From Pseudomonadota bacterium (GTDB lineage: Bacteria > UBA10199 > 2-02-FULL-44-16 > DYJF01): a stretch of DNA of 47,052 nt. Position 1 is the stretch's first letter; each line of letters begins with the position of its first letter. Position numbers and translations under genes: made by a program. The stretch lies in the NCBI GenBank assembly GCA_043823065.1, contig JBDRBB010000018.1:1-47052 (forward strand). Reading direction: 5' to 3'. Shown in pieces: positions 27,546 through 39,107 of this stretch. The notes beneath the pieces were generated by a model that saw only the letters and a list, made by a program, of their open reading frames with translations, did no database searches and was not told the DNA's origin.

Positions 27546-28193
27546 TTAAAGTGTTCTAGCAACCGTAAGAATATCAACTTTGCCACATTTTCCATTTTTA
27601 ACAAGCACTTTTGCGCATTCATTAACAGTGGCGCCTGTAGTCATTACATCGTCTAAAAGTAAGATTGATTTTCCAGCTAACCTGGAAACGCGGTTGGGCC
27701 GTACCATAAAAGCTTGAGTAACATTTTTTAATCTCTCTTCCCTGCCTAAGCCAACTTGCGCAGGTATATTTCTGCTTCTTTTTAAGGCAAACAGATCGTA
27801 TTTTAGCTGCATTTTTTTACCAACCGCTTTGCTGAGCAAACCAGCTTGATTATAGCCCCTGGAGATTAACCTATACCAATGCAAAGGGACTGGTACAATT
27901 AAATCATAGCTGGGCATTTGAGTTAATTTAGCTGCCAACAAATCTACAAAAAATCTAATCAAATGAAATTGGCGCTTATATTTTAAGCTAGCAATGGCCT
28001 GAACCACCTGTCCTTCATAGGCTAAAACTGAATAAGCCTGGTTAAACCATCTTTGCCGCAAATAAGGGGCATTAAATTCACTCTCCAAAAAATGCAGTGA
28101 TTCCAGACAATTAGAGCAAAGAATGTCCTTATCTTGAAATATGTCACAAAACAAGCACTGCTGCGGGAAAAAAAGATTAAGTAAAGACTTCAT
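27546..28193 (-). CDS. comF: ComF family protein (zinc ribbon plus PRTase)
   Basis: CLFC...CSNC, VPVPLH, RGYNQA, LLDDVMTTGAT. Confidence 0.92.
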   Translation of the reverse strand: MKSLLNLFFPQQCLFCDIFQDKDILCSNCLESLHFLESEFNAPYLRQRWFNQAYSVLAYEGQVVQAIASLKYKRQFHLIRFFVDLLAAKLTQMPSYDLIVPVPLHWYRLISRGYNQAGLLSKAVGKKMQLKYDLFALKRSRNIPAQVGLGREERLKNVTQAFMVRPNRVSRLAGKSILLLDDVMTTGATVNECAKVLVKNGKCGKVDILTVARTL

Positions 28194-28268
28194 AATAGTT
28201 TCCAATTGTTGACAGATTGTAACTAATTATGCTAGGAACACAAGCCCAATAAGGGAATAGGAGCGATC

Positions 28269-28544
28269 ATGGCAACAGATAGATTACGTAAAAAGCTTGG
28301 CAAAGGACGTCACCTTTCAGCCTTAAAACGCGAACGTCAAAATGAAAAACGCAATACTAGAAACCGTGCAGCAAAATCTAGTTTAAGAACAGCCATTAAA
28401 AAAGCCCGCACAACACCTTCTGCTGAATCCTTGAAGGCTGCGATTCCTCAAATCGATAAAGCAGCTAGCAAAGGACTCATCCCAAAAAGAAGAGCATCCA
28501 GAATTATTTCTAGATTAAGCAGGACAATACCAGCTGCATCATAA
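28269..28544 (+). CDS. rpsT: 30S ribosomal protein S20
   Basis: SALKRERQNEKRNTRNRAAKSSLRTAIKK...IDKAASKGLI...ASRIISRL. Confidence 0.92.
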   Translation: MATDRLRKKLGKGRHLSALKRERQNEKRNTRNRAAKSSLRTAIKKARTTPSAESLKAAIPQIDKAASKGLIPKRRASRIISRLSRTIPAAS

Positions 28545-28577
28545 ATATACTAACCTTGGCCGAGAGCCTATAACACA

Positions 28578-29813
28578 CTAGCTGTTATAGGCAATTTTTC
28601 CGTTTTTGATGACCATTTTGACTAGATTTTGGTCATAGCAATAAAAAGGATAGTATTCATCTGGTGAGTCAAAAAAAGTTAGGTCTGCTTTTTTGCCAAT
28701 AGCTATAGAACCAATTTCTTCTTCTAAACCCAAAGCTTTAGCAGCATTAATGGTAATGCCAGCCCAAACTTCATCTAAGGTCAGCTGCATTTGCGTGGCA
28801 GCAATGGTGCCAGTAAGGATAAGATTTAGACAAGAATTGGTGCCTGGATTGTAATCAGTGGAAATTGCAACAGTCACACCTCGTTCAATCATTTGCCTGG
28901 CTGGCGCGTATTCTTTATTACCCACAAAAAAAGTGGCGCCAGGCAAGACCACGGCCACCACACCAGATGCTTTCATAGCTTCTATACCTTTTTTACACAC
29001 ATATTCCAAATGATCTGCGGCCTTGGCCTCCAGCTCTGCAGCTAACAAGGCTCCACGGCTATCTTCAAACTGATCAACGTGCAAACGAATATCCAAGCCA
29101 TAGCTTTTGGCTACAGTGCAAATCTTAAATCCTTGTTCAATAGAAAATGCGCCTTTCTCAACAAAAACATCACAAGCCTTGGCCAAACCTTGCTGGGCTA
29201 TTTGAGGAAGCATTTGTTCACAAACCAGATTTACATAATCTTCTGGCTGATCTTTATATTCAGGCGGCACAACATGCGCGCCTAAAAATGTTGGATAAAA
29301 ATCTAGGCAGTGTTCGGTATTTAATTTCTGAATTACCTTTAGAATTTTTAATTCAGTTGCTTCATCTAAGCCATAACCAGATTTTATCTCTAAAGTAGTG
29401 ATGCCATTTTTAAGAGCCTGGTTGCCGCGCTCAAATGCGCTTTCAAACAACTCTTGCTCTTGAGCCTGGCGCGTGGCACGCACTGTGGACATTATACCGC
29501 CACCTTGGTTGGTAATTTCCCAATAACTTACCCCTTCACAACGCTGTTTAAATTCACTATGACGCGAACCTGCGTGCACTAAATGCGTGTGACACTCAAC
29601 TAGCCCGGGAGTTACTACAGCTTCTTTAGCATCTAGTTCCTGATATTTTTTCCTATCTTTTAGATTAAGCTGCTCAAGCTTGCCTAACCAAGAAATTTTT
29701 CCAGCTTCTATAAGTACACAAGCATCTTCGATAACTCCCAGAGGTCCTTTGCGCCCCGCACCTGATTCCATAGTTATTAAACGTGATATGTTTTTTATTA
29801 ATAGTGAATTCAT
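28578..29813 (-). CDS. hutI: Imidazolonepropionase
   Basis: TPGLVECHTHLV, GGGIMSTVRATR, EIKSGYGL, ADHLE, STDYNPG; ATG 29813 preferred. Confidence 0.94.
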   Translation of the reverse strand: MNSLLIKNISRLITMESGAGRKGPLGVIEDACVLIEAGKISWLGKLEQLNLKDRKKYQELDAKEAVVTPGLVECHTHLVHAGSRHSEFKQRCEGVSYWEITNQGGGIMSTVRATRQAQEQELFESAFERGNQALKNGITTLEIKSGYGLDEATELKILKVIQKLNTEHCLDFYPTFLGAHVVPPEYKDQPEDYVNLVCEQMLPQIAQQGLAKACDVFVEKGAFSIEQGFKICTVAKSYGLDIRLHVDQFEDSRGALLAAELEAKAADHLEYVCKKGIEAMKASGVVAVVLPGATFFVGNKEYAPARQMIERGVTVAISTDYNPGTNSCLNLILTGTIAATQMQLTLDEVWAGITINAAKALGLEEEIGSIAIGKKADLTFFDSPDEYYPFYCYDQNLVKMVIKNGKIAYNS

Positions 29814-29826
29814 ATCCAAACCCACT

Positions 29827-29907
29827 GACCATGGACCATAGACTATAGACCATGGACCTTTTTTCTCGTTGTCCAAGTCCATAGTCAATGGTCAATAGTC
29901 AATGGTC
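29827..29907. repeat. Inverted heptamer arrays (GACCATR / GTCMATR)
   Basis: gaccatg-gaccata-gactata-gaccatg ... gtccata-gtcaatg-gtcaata-gtcaatg-gtc. Confidence 0.85.
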
Positions 29908-31560
29908 TCAATAGGTTTTCCCCGGTATCTTAACTCCTCTTTCCCTTGCCACCTCAGAAGCCAGTTCGTAGCCTGCATCAGCATGCCTCATAATACCCAA
30001 GCCAGGGTCAGATCTCAAAACCCTGGCTAACCTTTTAGCTGCTGCTGCTGTTCCATCTGCAACAATGACCTGGCCAGCATGCAATGAATATCCCATACCT
30101 ACTCCACCGCCATGATGAAAACTAACCCAGGACGCCCCATTTACCGCATTAGCCAAGGCATTTAGGATTGGCCAATCAGCAACTGCATCTGTGCCGTCTT
30201 TCATAGCCTCTGTTTCACGCATGGGGCTAGCCACGGAACCGCAGTCTAAATGATCGCGCCCAATTACAATTGGTGCAGATATTTTTCCAGATTTAACCAG
30301 ATCATTAAAAGCCAAGCCTGCTTTTTCTCTTTCTCCATAACCCAACCAGCAAATACGCGCTGGCAACCCTTGATAGTGTATTTTTTGGCTAGCCATTTTA
30401 ATCCATCGGCAAAGCGCTTCATTATGAGGGAATAAATCCAAGATGACCTGATCAGTTGTTGCAATATCTTTAGGATCGCCAGAAAGCGCTACCCACCGAA
30501 ATGGCCCCTTGCCTTCACAAAACAAAGGCCTGATATAGGCTGGCACAAAACCAGGGAAATCCAGGGCATTTTCAACACCTGCATGCTCTTTGGCCTGAGC
30601 TCTGATATTGTTGCCATAATCAAAAACAGGTACACCATTTTTTTGGAATCCCAGCATAGCGCGCACGTGCTCGCCCATGGCGCGATAAGCCTGGCGCTGA
30701 TATGCTTGAGGATCCTTTTGACGCAGCTTGAGCGCTTCTTCCAACGTCATCTGATTAGGCACATAACCATATAACGGATCATGGGCTGAAGTTTGGTCAG
30801 TCACCAAATCTGGCCTAACGCCCTGCTTTAGTAGTTGGGGATAAACATCTGCTGCATTGGCGCAAACAGCAACTGAAATAGCTTTATTAGTTTTGCAAGC
30901 ATCAGTAATAAGTTTGAGGGCTTCGTCTAAATCTTTAGCCTGCGCATCAATATATTTAGTATCCAATCTTTTTTGAATTCTATCAGAATCAATTTCTATA
31001 CCTAAAAAACAAGCTCCATTCATGGTAGCAGCCAAAGGTTGAGCGCCACCCATACCGCCTAAGCCTGCAGATAAAATCCAACGCCCTTGCAAATTGCCTG
31101 CATAGTGCTGTTTGCCAGCTGCAGCAAATGTTTCATAGGTGCCTTGCAAGATTCCTTGGGTGCCAATATAAATCCAAGAGCCTGCAGTCATCTGACCAAA
31201 CATCATCAGGCCTTTCTTTTCCAACTCCCAAAAATGTTCCCAAGTGGCCCAATTACCAACCAAATTAGAATTAGCCAGCAAGACTCGCGGAGCATCTTCG
31301 TGCGTATCAACCACGCCCACTGGCTTGCCAGACTGAATAAGCAAAGTTTCGTCATTTTTTAACTTCTTAAGCGTAGCTATTATTTGATGATAAGACTGCC
31401 AATCACGCGCAGCCTTGCCTCTGCCACCATAGACCACCAGATCTTGCGGCCTTTCTGCAACTTCTGGATCTAAATTATTCATAAGCATGCGCATGGCTGC
31501 TTCTTGAATCCAGCTTTGGCAAGTAATCTGGTTTCCTCTGGGTGCTTTAATAGGTTCCAT
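29908..31560 (-). CDS. hutU: Urocanate hydratase
   Basis: [52 protein letters not shown] 31560. Confidence 0.98.
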   Translation of the reverse strand: MEPIKAPRGNQITCQSWIQEAAMRMLMNNLDPEVAERPQDLVVYGGRGKAARDWQSYHQIIATLKKLKNDETLLIQSGKPVGVVDTHEDAPRVLLANSNLVGNWATWEHFWELEKKGLMMFGQMTAGSWIYIGTQGILQGTYETFAAAGKQHYAGNLQGRWILSAGLGGMGGAQPLAATMNGACFLGIEIDSDRIQKRLDTKYIDAQAKDLDEALKLITDACKTNKAISVAVCANAADVYPQLLKQGVRPDLVTDQTSAHDPLYGYVPNQMTLEEALKLRQKDPQAYQRQAYRAMGEHVRAMLGFQKNGVPVFDYGNNIRAQAKEHAGVENALDFPGFVPAYIRPLFCEGKGPFRWVALSGDPKDIATTDQVILDLFPHNEALCRWIKMASQKIHYQGLPARICWLGYGEREKAGLAFNDLVKSGKISAPIVIGRDHLDCGSVASPMRETEAMKDGTDAVADWPILNALANAVNGASWVSFHHGGGVGMGYSLHAGQVIVADGTAAAAKRLARVLRSDPGLGIMRHADAGYELASEVARERGVKIPGKTY

Positions 31561-31570
31561 GGTCCCCCCT

Positions 31571-31611
31571 AAAAAAATTGCCGACTCCATTGTAGAAATG
31601 AAGTCGGCAAT
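31571..31611 (-). terminator. Intrinsic terminator after rplQ
   Basis: Minus strand ATTGCCGACTTCAT-loop-ATGGAGTCGGCAAT followed by a T run. Confidence 0.8.
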
Positions 31612-31644
31612 CATATTGGCAATCTAATATCTAAGTTTCAATAT

Positions 31645-32157
31645 TTAATCCTTTTTAGCTTTTTTGGCAGATTTTTTCTTGGCCACAGTCTTAGGTTCAT
31701 CTGCTTTAGTCTTAACTTTTGGTTTTACACTGGTTTTAGGAGCAACCTTCTTTGCCTTAGCTTTACCTTTAGTTTTTGTTTCTTCAGCAGTGGTAGAAAT
31801 TACACCATCTAAATATTCAATAATAGCCATAGGAGCTGCATCACCATGACGGTTGCCTAATTTCAAAATCCTGGTATATCCACCAATGCGCTTTTCAAAA
31901 CGGGTGGCAAATTCTCCAAAAGCTTTTTGCACAGCCTGCCGATTACGCAAAAGTTCTCTGGCTTGGCGAGCTGCATGCACAGTACCACGCTTACTTAAGG
32001 TGACAACTTTATCTGCCAAACTGCGCAGTTCTTTTGCTCTAGTTACAGTGGTTTCAATTCTGTCATGCAACACCAAGGATGAAGCTAGATTAGCCAGCAT
32101 AGCCTTACGATGAGCAGACTTAACTCCCAATTTGCGCTCTGCTACTCTGTGTTTCAT
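31645..32157 (-). CDS. rplQ: 50S ribosomal protein L17 with Lys-rich C-terminal extension
   Basis: [40 protein letters not shown]. Confidence 0.97.
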   Translation of the reverse strand: MKHRVAERKLGVKSAHRKAMLANLASSLVLHDRIETTVTRAKELRSLADKVVTLSKRGTVHAARQARELLRNRQAVQKAFGEFATRFEKRIGGYTRILKLGNRHGDAAPMAIIEYLDGVISTTAEETKTKGKAKAKKVAPKTSVKPKVKTKADEPKTVAKKKSAKKAKKD

Positions 32158-32167
32158 TTACTTCCTC

Positions 32168-33181
32168 CTATTCTACATCTTTTGGTCTTAATTTTTCCGC
32201 ATCATCAATTTTAAAACCATCAATTTTCATACCTAATTCCAAACCCATATCAGTCAAAATAGTCTTAATTTCATTTAAGGACTTGCGACCAAAGTTTTTG
32301 GTCCTTAACATTTCCGATTCTGATTTCTGGCAAAGTTCGCCAATATATTTAATATTAGCGTTTTGCAAACAATTAGCAGACCTCACAGATAATTCCAGTT
32401 CATCAACCCGACGATAAAGGTTTTCATTTAATCTTGGTTTATCTTCTCTGGGTCGCTCCTCAGCCACAGGCTCTGGCAGTTCTTCAAAATTAATAAAAAT
32501 TTGTAATTGCTCTTTTAAGATTTTAGCAGCAACACCTAAAGCATCTTCCGGCTTAAGAGACCCATCAGTCCAAATTTCCATAACCAAACGATCATAATCA
32601 GTACGTTGTCCAACACGAGCATTAGTTACAGTATAGTTGCAACGCAAAATCGGAGCAAATATTGAATCCACAGGAATAGTACCTAATGAATCACTCTCTT
32701 TTTTATTTTGTTCTGCAGGCACGTACCCTTTGCCCATATTAACTGTTAAATCAGCTTTAATCTTACCATTGGCACTTAAAGTGGCAATAGGTTGATCTGG
32801 GTTCAAAATTGTAATCTTGGAAGATGATTTAATATCTTTAGCAGTAACAACTTTTTCAGCGCTTTCATCAATATGAATTACATCTGAATCACCTTCATGA
32901 AGCTGTAAACGCACTTGTTTCAGATTCAAAATAATGTCGGTTACATCCTCCACTACACCAGGAATGGTTGTAAACTCATGAGGAACACCGTCAAATTTAA
33001 CTGAAGTAATGGCTGCCCCCTGTAACGAAGAAAGCAAAATTCGGCGCAAGGAATTTCCCAAGGTCAACCCAAAACCTCGTTCCAAAGGACTAGCCACGAA
33101 TTTGCCATAGTTCTCTGCACCACCTATCTTATCAAATTCAAGTCTTCTGGGACGAATAAGACGCTGCCAATTTCGATACAT
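32168..33181 (-). CDS. rpoA: RNA polymerase alpha subunit
   Basis: [38 protein letters not shown]. Confidence 0.99.
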   Translation of the reverse strand: MYRNWQRLIRPRRLEFDKIGGAENYGKFVASPLERGFGLTLGNSLRRILLSSLQGAAITSVKFDGVPHEFTTIPGVVEDVTDIILNLKQVRLQLHEGDSDVIHIDESAEKVVTAKDIKSSSKITILNPDQPIATLSANGKIKADLTVNMGKGYVPAEQNKKESDSLGTIPVDSIFAPILRCNYTVTNARVGQRTDYDRLVMEIWTDGSLKPEDALGVAAKILKEQLQIFINFEELPEPVAEERPREDKPRLNENLYRRVDELELSVRSANCLQNANIKYIGELCQKSESEMLRTKNFGRKSLNEIKTILTDMGLELGMKIDGFKIDDAEKLRPKDVE

Positions 33182-33217
33182 AATTATACCTCCAATATTT
33201 CGTACGGCGTACGACTA

Positions 33218-33844
33218 TTATTTAGAATATAACTCAACAATTAAATGTTCACGCAATGGCGTGACCAGCTGCTCTCTGGTTGGCAAAGCCATTACCTTGC
33301 CGACCATTTTATCTTTATCCAACATTAACCACTCTGGTAAACCACGTCTTTCGACACCTTCTAATGATTCCATAATTGTTTTACATTTACTGCTTTTTTC
33401 TTTTACTGAAATACTGTCGCCTGTTTTTACTATATAAGAAGGAATATTAACGCGTTTGCTATTAACTAGAATATGGTTATGATTAATTAGCTGCCGAGCT
33501 TGGGTCCTAGAAGTAGCAAAACCAAGACGATACACCATATTATCTAAACGACGCTCCATTAATAATAAAAGATTATCACCAGTTACACCTTTTTGACGAT
33601 CAGCTTCATGAAAAGCATTTCTAAACTGTTTTTCCAAAAGACCATACATTCTTTTGGCACGTTGTTTTTCTCTTAATTGCATGCCGTATTCAGATGTTTT
33701 TCCACGTCTTTGGCCATGTTGACCAGGCGAGTAAGCCCGTCTTTCCACAGCACACTTATCTGTGAAGCAACGATCGCCTTTAAGAAAAAGTTTCATTTTT
33801 TCTCTACGACATTGACGACAAACCGATTCAATATAACGAGCCAT
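33218..33844 (-). CDS. rpsD: 30S ribosomal protein S4
   Basis: MARY...[36 protein letters not shown]. Confidence 0.98.
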   Translation of the reverse strand: MARYIESVCRQCRREKMKLFLKGDRCFTDKCAVERRAYSPGQHGQRRGKTSEYGMQLREKQRAKRMYGLLEKQFRNAFHEADRQKGVTGDNLLLLMERRLDNMVYRLGFATSRTQARQLINHNHILVNSKRVNIPSYIVKTGDSISVKEKSSKCKTIMESLEGVERRGLPEWLMLDKDKMVGKVMALPTREQLVTPLREHLIVELYSK

Positions 33845-33855
33845 AAATTCTCCTT

Positions 33856-34257
33856 TTACACTCTTCTTCGCTTACTTGGACGACATCCATTATGCGGAAT
33901 TGGAGTCATATCCCTAATAGCTAAAACTTTAACTCCGGTCTTTTGCAAAGCACGCAAAGCTGCTTCTCTACCTGCGCCTGGCCCTTTGACAATTACAGAG
34001 GCTGAGCGCAAGCCATGATCCATGGCTTTACGAACAGCGTCTTCGGCTGCCAGCTGAGCTGCAAAAGGTGTGCCTTTGCGCGATCCTTTAAAACCCTTGG
34101 TTCCAGCCGAAGCCCAAGCAATTGTATTGCCGGCATTATCTGTTACCGTAACAATAGTATTGTTAAAGGAAGACAAAATATGCACCATACCAACTGGTAC
34201 ATGTTTTTTAGTTTTTTTCTTAGCTTTCTTCTTTGGCTTTGCTACAGGTTCTGCCAT
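33856..34257 (-). CDS. rpsK: 30S ribosomal protein S11
   Basis: [30 protein letters not shown]. Confidence 0.98.
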   Translation of the reverse strand: MAEPVAKPKKKAKKKTKKHVPVGMVHILSSFNNTIVTVTDNAGNTIAWASAGTKGFKGSRKGTPFAAQLAAEDAVRKAMDHGLRSASVIVKGPGAGREAALRALQKTGVKVLAIRDMTPIPHNGCRPSKRRRV

Positions 34258-34269
34258 TATAATCCTCCA

Positions 34270-34656
34270 TTATTTAGGTGCTGGAGCTTGTCTCTTACCA
34301 GCCACTGCAGCTCTTCTGGCACCTTTACACGTTCTAGCGTTAGTATGAGTTCTTTGACCACGACACGGAAGCCGACGAATATGTCTTAGGCCTCTATAGG
34401 CGCCAAGATCTTTTAATCTTTTAATATCTGATTGAATATCTCGTCGCAAATCACCTTCCACCCTATATTTAGCATCAATTATTTCTCTAATCTTGGCAAC
34501 TTCCGCATCTGTTAGTTTTTCTGCGCGCACACTTTCATCAATTCCAGCCTCAGCTAAAATTTTATGTGAAGTGGTCCAGCCAATGCCGTAAATATAAGTT
34601 AAAGCGGCAACAGTGCGCTTCTTAGCTGGTATGTCTACTCCTGCGATACGTGGCAT
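34270..34656 (-). CDS. rpsM: 30S ribosomal protein S13
   Basis: [10 protein letters not shown]...YRGLRH...[14 protein letters not shown] 34656 after GGAGG. Confidence 0.98.
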   Translation of the reverse strand: MPRIAGVDIPAKKRTVAALTYIYGIGWTTSHKILAEAGIDESVRAEKLTDAEVAKIREIIDAKYRVEGDLRRDIQSDIKRLKDLGAYRGLRHIRRLPCRGQRTHTNARTCKGARRAAVAGKRQAPAPK

Positions 34657-34688
34657 ATTAAAAACCTCCAAAAAACCGTCGATAGTCT

Positions 34689-34731
34689 TTCGTACATCGT
34701 ACATCGTAAAAAACGAAGTACGAACGACGAA
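34689..34731. repeat. TCGTAC/ACGA heptamer inverted repeat
   Basis: tcgtaca-tcgtaca-tcgt-aaaaa-acgaagt-acgaacg-acgaa. Confidence 0.75.
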
Positions 34732-34734
34732 ATA

Positions 34735-34848
34735 CTATCCTTGTTTCTGCTTGTGCTTAGGGTTGGTACACAAAACTCTAACCACCCCGCTTCTGCGAAT
34801 TATTTTACATTTAGCACATATTTTTTTAACTGATGATCTTACTTTCAT
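34735..34848 (-). CDS. rpmJ: 50S ribosomal protein L36
   Basis: Below the ORF-track cutoff; manual translation [37 protein letters not shown]. Confidence 0.97.
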   Translation of the reverse strand: MKVRSSVKKICAKCKIIRRSGVVRVLCTNPKHKQKQG

Positions 34849-34872
34849 AACGTTATCCTATTTCTGCCTGTT

Positions 34873-35091
34873 TTACTTTGCTCTATATATAATTCTTCCT
34901 CTGGTTAAATCATATGGTGAAAGCTCCAGAGTAACACTATCACCGGGTAAAATTTTTATAAAATGCATACGCATTTTCCCAGAAACATGGGCCAACACTT
35001 TGTGACCATTTGGCAATTCTACCCTAAACATCGCATTAGGCAGGGTTTCCAAAACTTTTCCTTCAACTTGAATTGCTTCTTCTTTAGACAT
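34873..35091 (-). CDS. infA: Translation initiation factor IF-1
   Basis: [10 protein letters not shown]...[15 protein letters not shown]...[10 protein letters not shown]. Confidence 0.98.
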   Translation of the reverse strand: MSKEEAIQVEGKVLETLPNAMFRVELPNGHKVLAHVSGKMRMHFIKILPGDSVTLELSPYDLTRGRIIYRAK

Positions 35092-35094
35092 AGT

Positions 35095-35841
35095 TTACAA
35101 TTTACTTAAAATTTCTGGTCCTTCCTCTGTTATGGCAATTGTATGCTCCATATGAGCAGAAAGTTTTCGATCTTTAGTTACCACTGTCCAACCATCTTCT
35201 AAAACTTGCACCTCATATGTTCCTTCATTAATCATGGGTTCCAAAGCTAACACCAAACCTGGTCTTAACCGCATACCAGTTCCCTTTTCACCAAAATTTG
35301 GAACTTGTGGATCTTCATGCAAGGAACGACCAATTCCATGCCCGACATAATCTCGCACCACTGAATAGCCTGCTTGTTCCGCGCACTGCTGAATTTCTGC
35401 CGAGATATCATATAAACGATTTTCTTTGCAAGCTGCCTTTATACCACTATCCAATGCTTTGCTAGTTGTTTCCAGCAGCTTTTCAGCATTAAGTGAAATT
35501 TGACCAACTGGCAAGGTCTGGGCATGATCACCATAAAAACCATTTAAAAAAACTCCGCAATCAATACCAACAATATCGCCCTCAACTAATTCACGTTTAC
35601 CAGGTATACCATGCACCACTTCTTCATTCACTGATATACATAACGTATGTCGATAGCCATGATATCCCTTAAATGCTGGTTTGGCTTTTCTGCCAATAAT
35701 CATTTCTTCAGCTATTTTATCTAGCTCTATGGTGGTAACTCCCGGTTTAATCAAACTTGCTAAATGGGCCATTACTTCTGCTACAATCTGGCTCACCCGT
35801 TTCATTTTATCGATTTCATCTCGGGACTTTAGAATTACCAT
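35095..35841 (-). CDS. map: Methionine aminopeptidase type I
   Basis: CISVNEEVVHGIP, GHGIG, LHEDP, LEPM, SAHMEHT. Confidence 0.97.
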   Translation of the reverse strand: MVILKSRDEIDKMKRVSQIVAEVMAHLASLIKPGVTTIELDKIAEEMIIGRKAKPAFKGYHGYRHTLCISVNEEVVHGIPGKRELVEGDIVGIDCGVFLNGFYGDHAQTLPVGQISLNAEKLLETTSKALDSGIKAACKENRLYDISAEIQQCAEQAGYSVVRDYVGHGIGRSLHEDPQVPNFGEKGTGMRLRPGLVLALEPMINEGTYEVQVLEDGWTVVTKDRKLSAHMEHTIAITEEGPEILSKL

Positions 35842-36493
35842 GGTTCAAACTCTTCTCTATCAAAGAACAAATATCATTAAAAACTTCATCAATAGGCTTG
35901 GCACCAGAAATTTCTTTTAACAAACCAAGTTCCCTATAAAAACCAATCAAAGGCTCTGTCTGATCTCTATATACTTTTAGACGATCTTTTACTGTTTCTT
36001 CTTGATCGTCCTTTCTCTGGATCAGCGTTGCTCCGCAATCATCACAAAGATTATCGTCTTGCGGCGGCGTATATTCCACATGATAAGTTGCTCCACAAGC
36101 TGGACACTGTCTTCTTCCTGAAATTCTTTTCACTACATCTGGATCTGAAACATCTATATTAATCACAGCCCCAATTTTTTTGGCTGCATTTTTTAGCATT
36201 CCATTTAAGGCTTCTCCCTGAGCTACTGTTCTGGGAAAACCATCTAAAATAACACCTTGCTTACAGTCAGGCTTAAGTAAACGCTCCTGCATCACACCTA
36301 TTATAACTTCATCTGGAACAAGCCGCCCGCTTTCCATATAATTTTTGGCTTTGAGCCCAATAGGCGTTTGGGCCTTTACTGCTGCTCTTAACATGTCACC
36401 AGTTGAGAGCTGTAATATATTATATTTCTTCTCTAATTTTTTAGCCTGGGTTCCTTTACCACATCCTGGAGGTCCCATTAAAATTAAAATCAT
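35816..36493 (-). CDS. adk: Adenylate kinase (Zn-binding LID)
   Basis: GPPGCGKGTQA, STGDMLR, LDGFPRT, CPAC...CDDC. Confidence 0.98.
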   Translation of the reverse strand: MILILMGPPGCGKGTQAKKLEKKYNILQLSTGDMLRAAVKAQTPIGLKAKNYMESGRLVPDEVIIGVMQERLLKPDCKQGVILDGFPRTVAQGEALNGMLKNAAKKIGAVINIDVSDPDVVKRISGRRQCPACGATYHVEYTPPQDDNLCDDCGATLIQRKDDQEETVKDRLKVYRDQTEPLIGFYRELGLLKEISGAKPIDEVFNDICSLIEKSLNHGNSKVPR

Positions 36494-37800
36494 TAGCCTC
36501 TTCGTCCCCTAAATCTGCCACCTGCTTTTGCGCCTAAAAATCCTTCATAATGGTGAGTTAGTAAATGAGATTCAATCTGCGATAAAGTATCCATAGCCAC
36601 ACCAACCACAATAATTAAGGAAGTTCCACCAAATGTATATGCTAATGACGATGGAATTCCAAAATGACGAATTAAAAATTCTGGAACAATACAAACCGCG
36701 GTTAAATATAATGCTCCACCTAAAGTAATCCTGGTTAAGACACGATCAATGTAATCTGAAGTGCTTTTGCCAGGTCTTATTCCAGGAATAAAACCGCCAA
36801 ATTTTTTCATATTTTCTGATACATCTATTGGATTAAAAGTCACTGCAGTATAGAAGTATGCAAAAAAGATAATTAAGCCACCATAAATAACTGAATGCAG
36901 CCAACCAGTTGCTAAAGCTGAAGCAATCATTTGCATTGGCCCGCTTTTTACAAACTGGGCAATGGTCGCTGGAAACATAATTATAGAAGAAGCAAAGATC
37001 GGCGGAATAACTCCTGCTGTATTAACCTTTAATGGCAAATGCGAAGACTGACCGCCATACATCTTTCTTCCCACCACACGCTTGGCATATTGCACTGGAA
37101 TACGGCGTTGCGAGCGTTCCATAAAAAGAATAAAACCAATTAAGCAAGCGATGAACACCAACAAAACTAGAAAACCAAAAAAACCACCAAACTGTTCTTT
37201 GGTGCTCCAAGCATCGCGAAAACCCACTGGGATGCGTGTGACTATACCAGCAAAAATGATCAAAGATATACCATTTCCAATACCACGTTCAGAGATAATT
37301 TCACCTAACCACATTAGAAAAGCAGTACCAGCAGCCAGGGTAGTCATAGTAGTAATATAAAATTGCCAATCTGAAACACCTGGCAAAACAGCGCCTTGTT
37401 GCTTTAAACCATAAGCAATGCCAAAACCTTGAATTAAAGCCAGGATCACTGTGCCATATCTGGTATAGCGAGTAATCTTTTTCCGTCCAGCATCACCCTC
37501 TTTGGATAAACGCTCAATAGCTGGCACTGAAACAGAAAGAAGCTGAAAGATAATGGAGGCGCTAATATAGGGCATAATACCCAAAGCAAACACGGAAAAG
37601 TTAGAAAGCGCCCCACCAGAAAATAAATTAAAAATTTCAAAGATCGTACCTTGAGAAATAATATTTTTCACCACATCAGCAGAAATACCAGGCGTTGGCA
37701 CAAATACGCCTAAACGATAAACAGCCAACATCATGATGGTGAAAAAAATCCTGCGCCGCAGCTCAGGAATTTTGGCAATGTTTGTTATTCTTTCAGACAC
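36493..37800 (-). CDS. secY: Preprotein translocase SecY
   Basis: [45 protein letters not shown]. Confidence 0.98.
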   Translation of the reverse strand: MSERITNIAKIPELRRRIFFTIMMLAVYRLGVFVPTPGISADVVKNIISQGTIFEIFNLFSGGALSNFSVFALGIMPYISASIIFQLLSVSVPAIERLSKEGDAGRKKITRYTRYGTVILALIQGFGIAYGLKQQGAVLPGVSDWQFYITTMTTLAAGTAFLMWLGEIISERGIGNGISLIIFAGIVTRIPVGFRDAWSTKEQFGGFFGFLVLLVFIACLIGFILFMERSQRRIPVQYAKRVVGRKMYGGQSSHLPLKVNTAGVIPPIFASSIIMFPATIAQFVKSGPMQMIASALATGWLHSVIYGGLIIFFAYFYTAVTFNPIDVSENMKKFGGFIPGIRPGKSTSDYIDRVLTRITLGGALYLTAVCIVPEFLIRHFGIPSSLAYTFGGTSLIIVVGVAMDTLSQIESHLLTHHYEGFLGAKAGGRFRGRRG

Positions 37801-38242
37801 CTACAACCTCAGTTTTTCCACCCTTAGCTTCAATCTTTTGTTTTGCTGATGCTGAAAATCTTGCTGCTTTTACCACCAGCGCATGAGGCACATCGCCGCG
37901 ACCCAAAACAGAAATACCATCATGTTTTCTCTTAATAATACCTTTTTCAATCAAGGCTTTTTCAGTAATTTCAGTATTTTCTTTAAAAACAGCCAGCTGA
38001 TCAAGGTTAACAACTGCATATTGCTTCTTAAAAATATTAGTAAAGCCTCGTTTCGGCAAACGACGAATCAAAGGCATTTGTCCACCTTCAAAACCAAGCT
38101 TACCCATACCACCAGCGCGTGCCCTTTGACCTTTATGGCCCTTGCCTGAAGTACCACCCTGGCCAGAAGCGTCGCCACGGCCCAATCTTTTGGTTTTTCT
38201 TTTTTTTCGCCCTGCTGGCAAGGAAATTTCATTTAACTTCAT
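37793..38242 (-). CDS. rplO: 50S ribosomal protein L15
   Basis: [28 protein letters not shown]. Confidence 0.98.
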   Translation of the reverse strand: MKLNEISLPAGRKKRKTKRLGRGDASGQGGTSGKGHKGQRARAGGMGKLGFEGGQMPLIRRLPKRGFTNIFKKQYAVVNLDQLAVFKENTEITEKALIEKGIIKRKHDGISVLGRGDVPHALVVKAARFSASAKQKIEAKGGKTEVVGV

Positions 38243-38254
38243 AGTTTCTTAACC

Positions 38255-38728
38255 CTACTTTCTGATAAGCTCTAATTTTGTTAGACCGGAAATAGCTGCT
38301 TTCACAACATTATGTGGATTGCTAGTTCCCAAGGACTTCGTAAGAATATCATGAATTCCGGCAGATTCAACTACAGCGCGAACTGGGCCACCAGCAATAA
38401 CACCAGTACCAGGAGATGCTGGTTTCATAACCACCCTGGCAGCTCCATATTTACCTATAATATCATGGGGAATGGTGCCGTTCTTTACTGGTACTCGTAC
38501 CATATTTTTTCTGGCACCTTCAGTTGCTTTACGAATAGCTTCCGGCACTTCCCTGGCCTTACCCAAAGCAAATCCAACCCGACCATTGCCATCGCCTGCC
38601 ACAACCAGGGCTGAAAAACTAAAGCGCTTTCCACCCTTTACCACCTTAGCCACGCGGCTGATATGCACAACGCGCTCGATGAATTCCGATCTTTCTTTTT
38701 CAAATGTTTCTCTTTTTCTTGATTCCAT
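38255..38728 (-). CDS. rpsE: 30S ribosomal protein S5
   Basis: [27 protein letters not shown]. Confidence 0.98.
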   Translation of the reverse strand: MESRKRETFEKERSEFIERVVHISRVAKVVKGGKRFSFSALVVAGDGNGRVGFALGKAREVPEAIRKATEGARKNMVRVPVKNGTIPHDIIGKYGAARVVMKPASPGTGVIAGGPVRAVVESAGIHDILTKSLGTSNPHNVVKAAISGLTKLELIRK

Positions 38729-38739
38729 AAATTATGCCT

Positions 38740-39096
38740 TTAGAATTTCAATCCTTTTTCCCGCGCAGCTTCTGCTAGCGCTTTTACCCGACCATGAAAA
38801 AGATAACCACCACGGTCAAAAACCACCTTTTCCACACCTTTGGCTTTAGCTCGCTCAGCAATTGCTTCGCCTATTCTTTTAGCGCCTTCAACAGTGGCAA
38901 TACCTTTAATACCCTTCATATTCTTCTCATAGGAAGATGCAGCAACCAAGGTAATTCCTGTTTGATCATTAATTATTTGAGCCATAATATGTTTAGCGCT
39001 ACGAAACACCGAAAGACGCGGACGATCACTATTACCTGAAATCATCTTCCTTATATGTTTCCGTCTTCTATTTCTTTTTTGTGCACGTTCCTGCAT
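38740..39096 (-). CDS. rplR: 50S ribosomal protein L18
   Basis: [26 protein letters not shown]. Confidence 0.98.
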   Translation of the reverse strand: MQERAQKRNRRRKHIRKMISGNSDRPRLSVFRSAKHIMAQIINDQTGITLVAASSYEKNMKGIKGIATVEGAKRIGEAIAERAKAKGVEKVVFDRGGYLFHGRVKALAEAAREKGLKF

Positions 39097-39107
39097 TGCT
39101 TCCTCCG

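Noticed and set aside
28209..28238. rpsT promoter (TTGACA at 28209)
   Set aside because: The -35 is perfect, but no convincing -10 lies at 16-18 bp spacing, so it is not listed as a feature.
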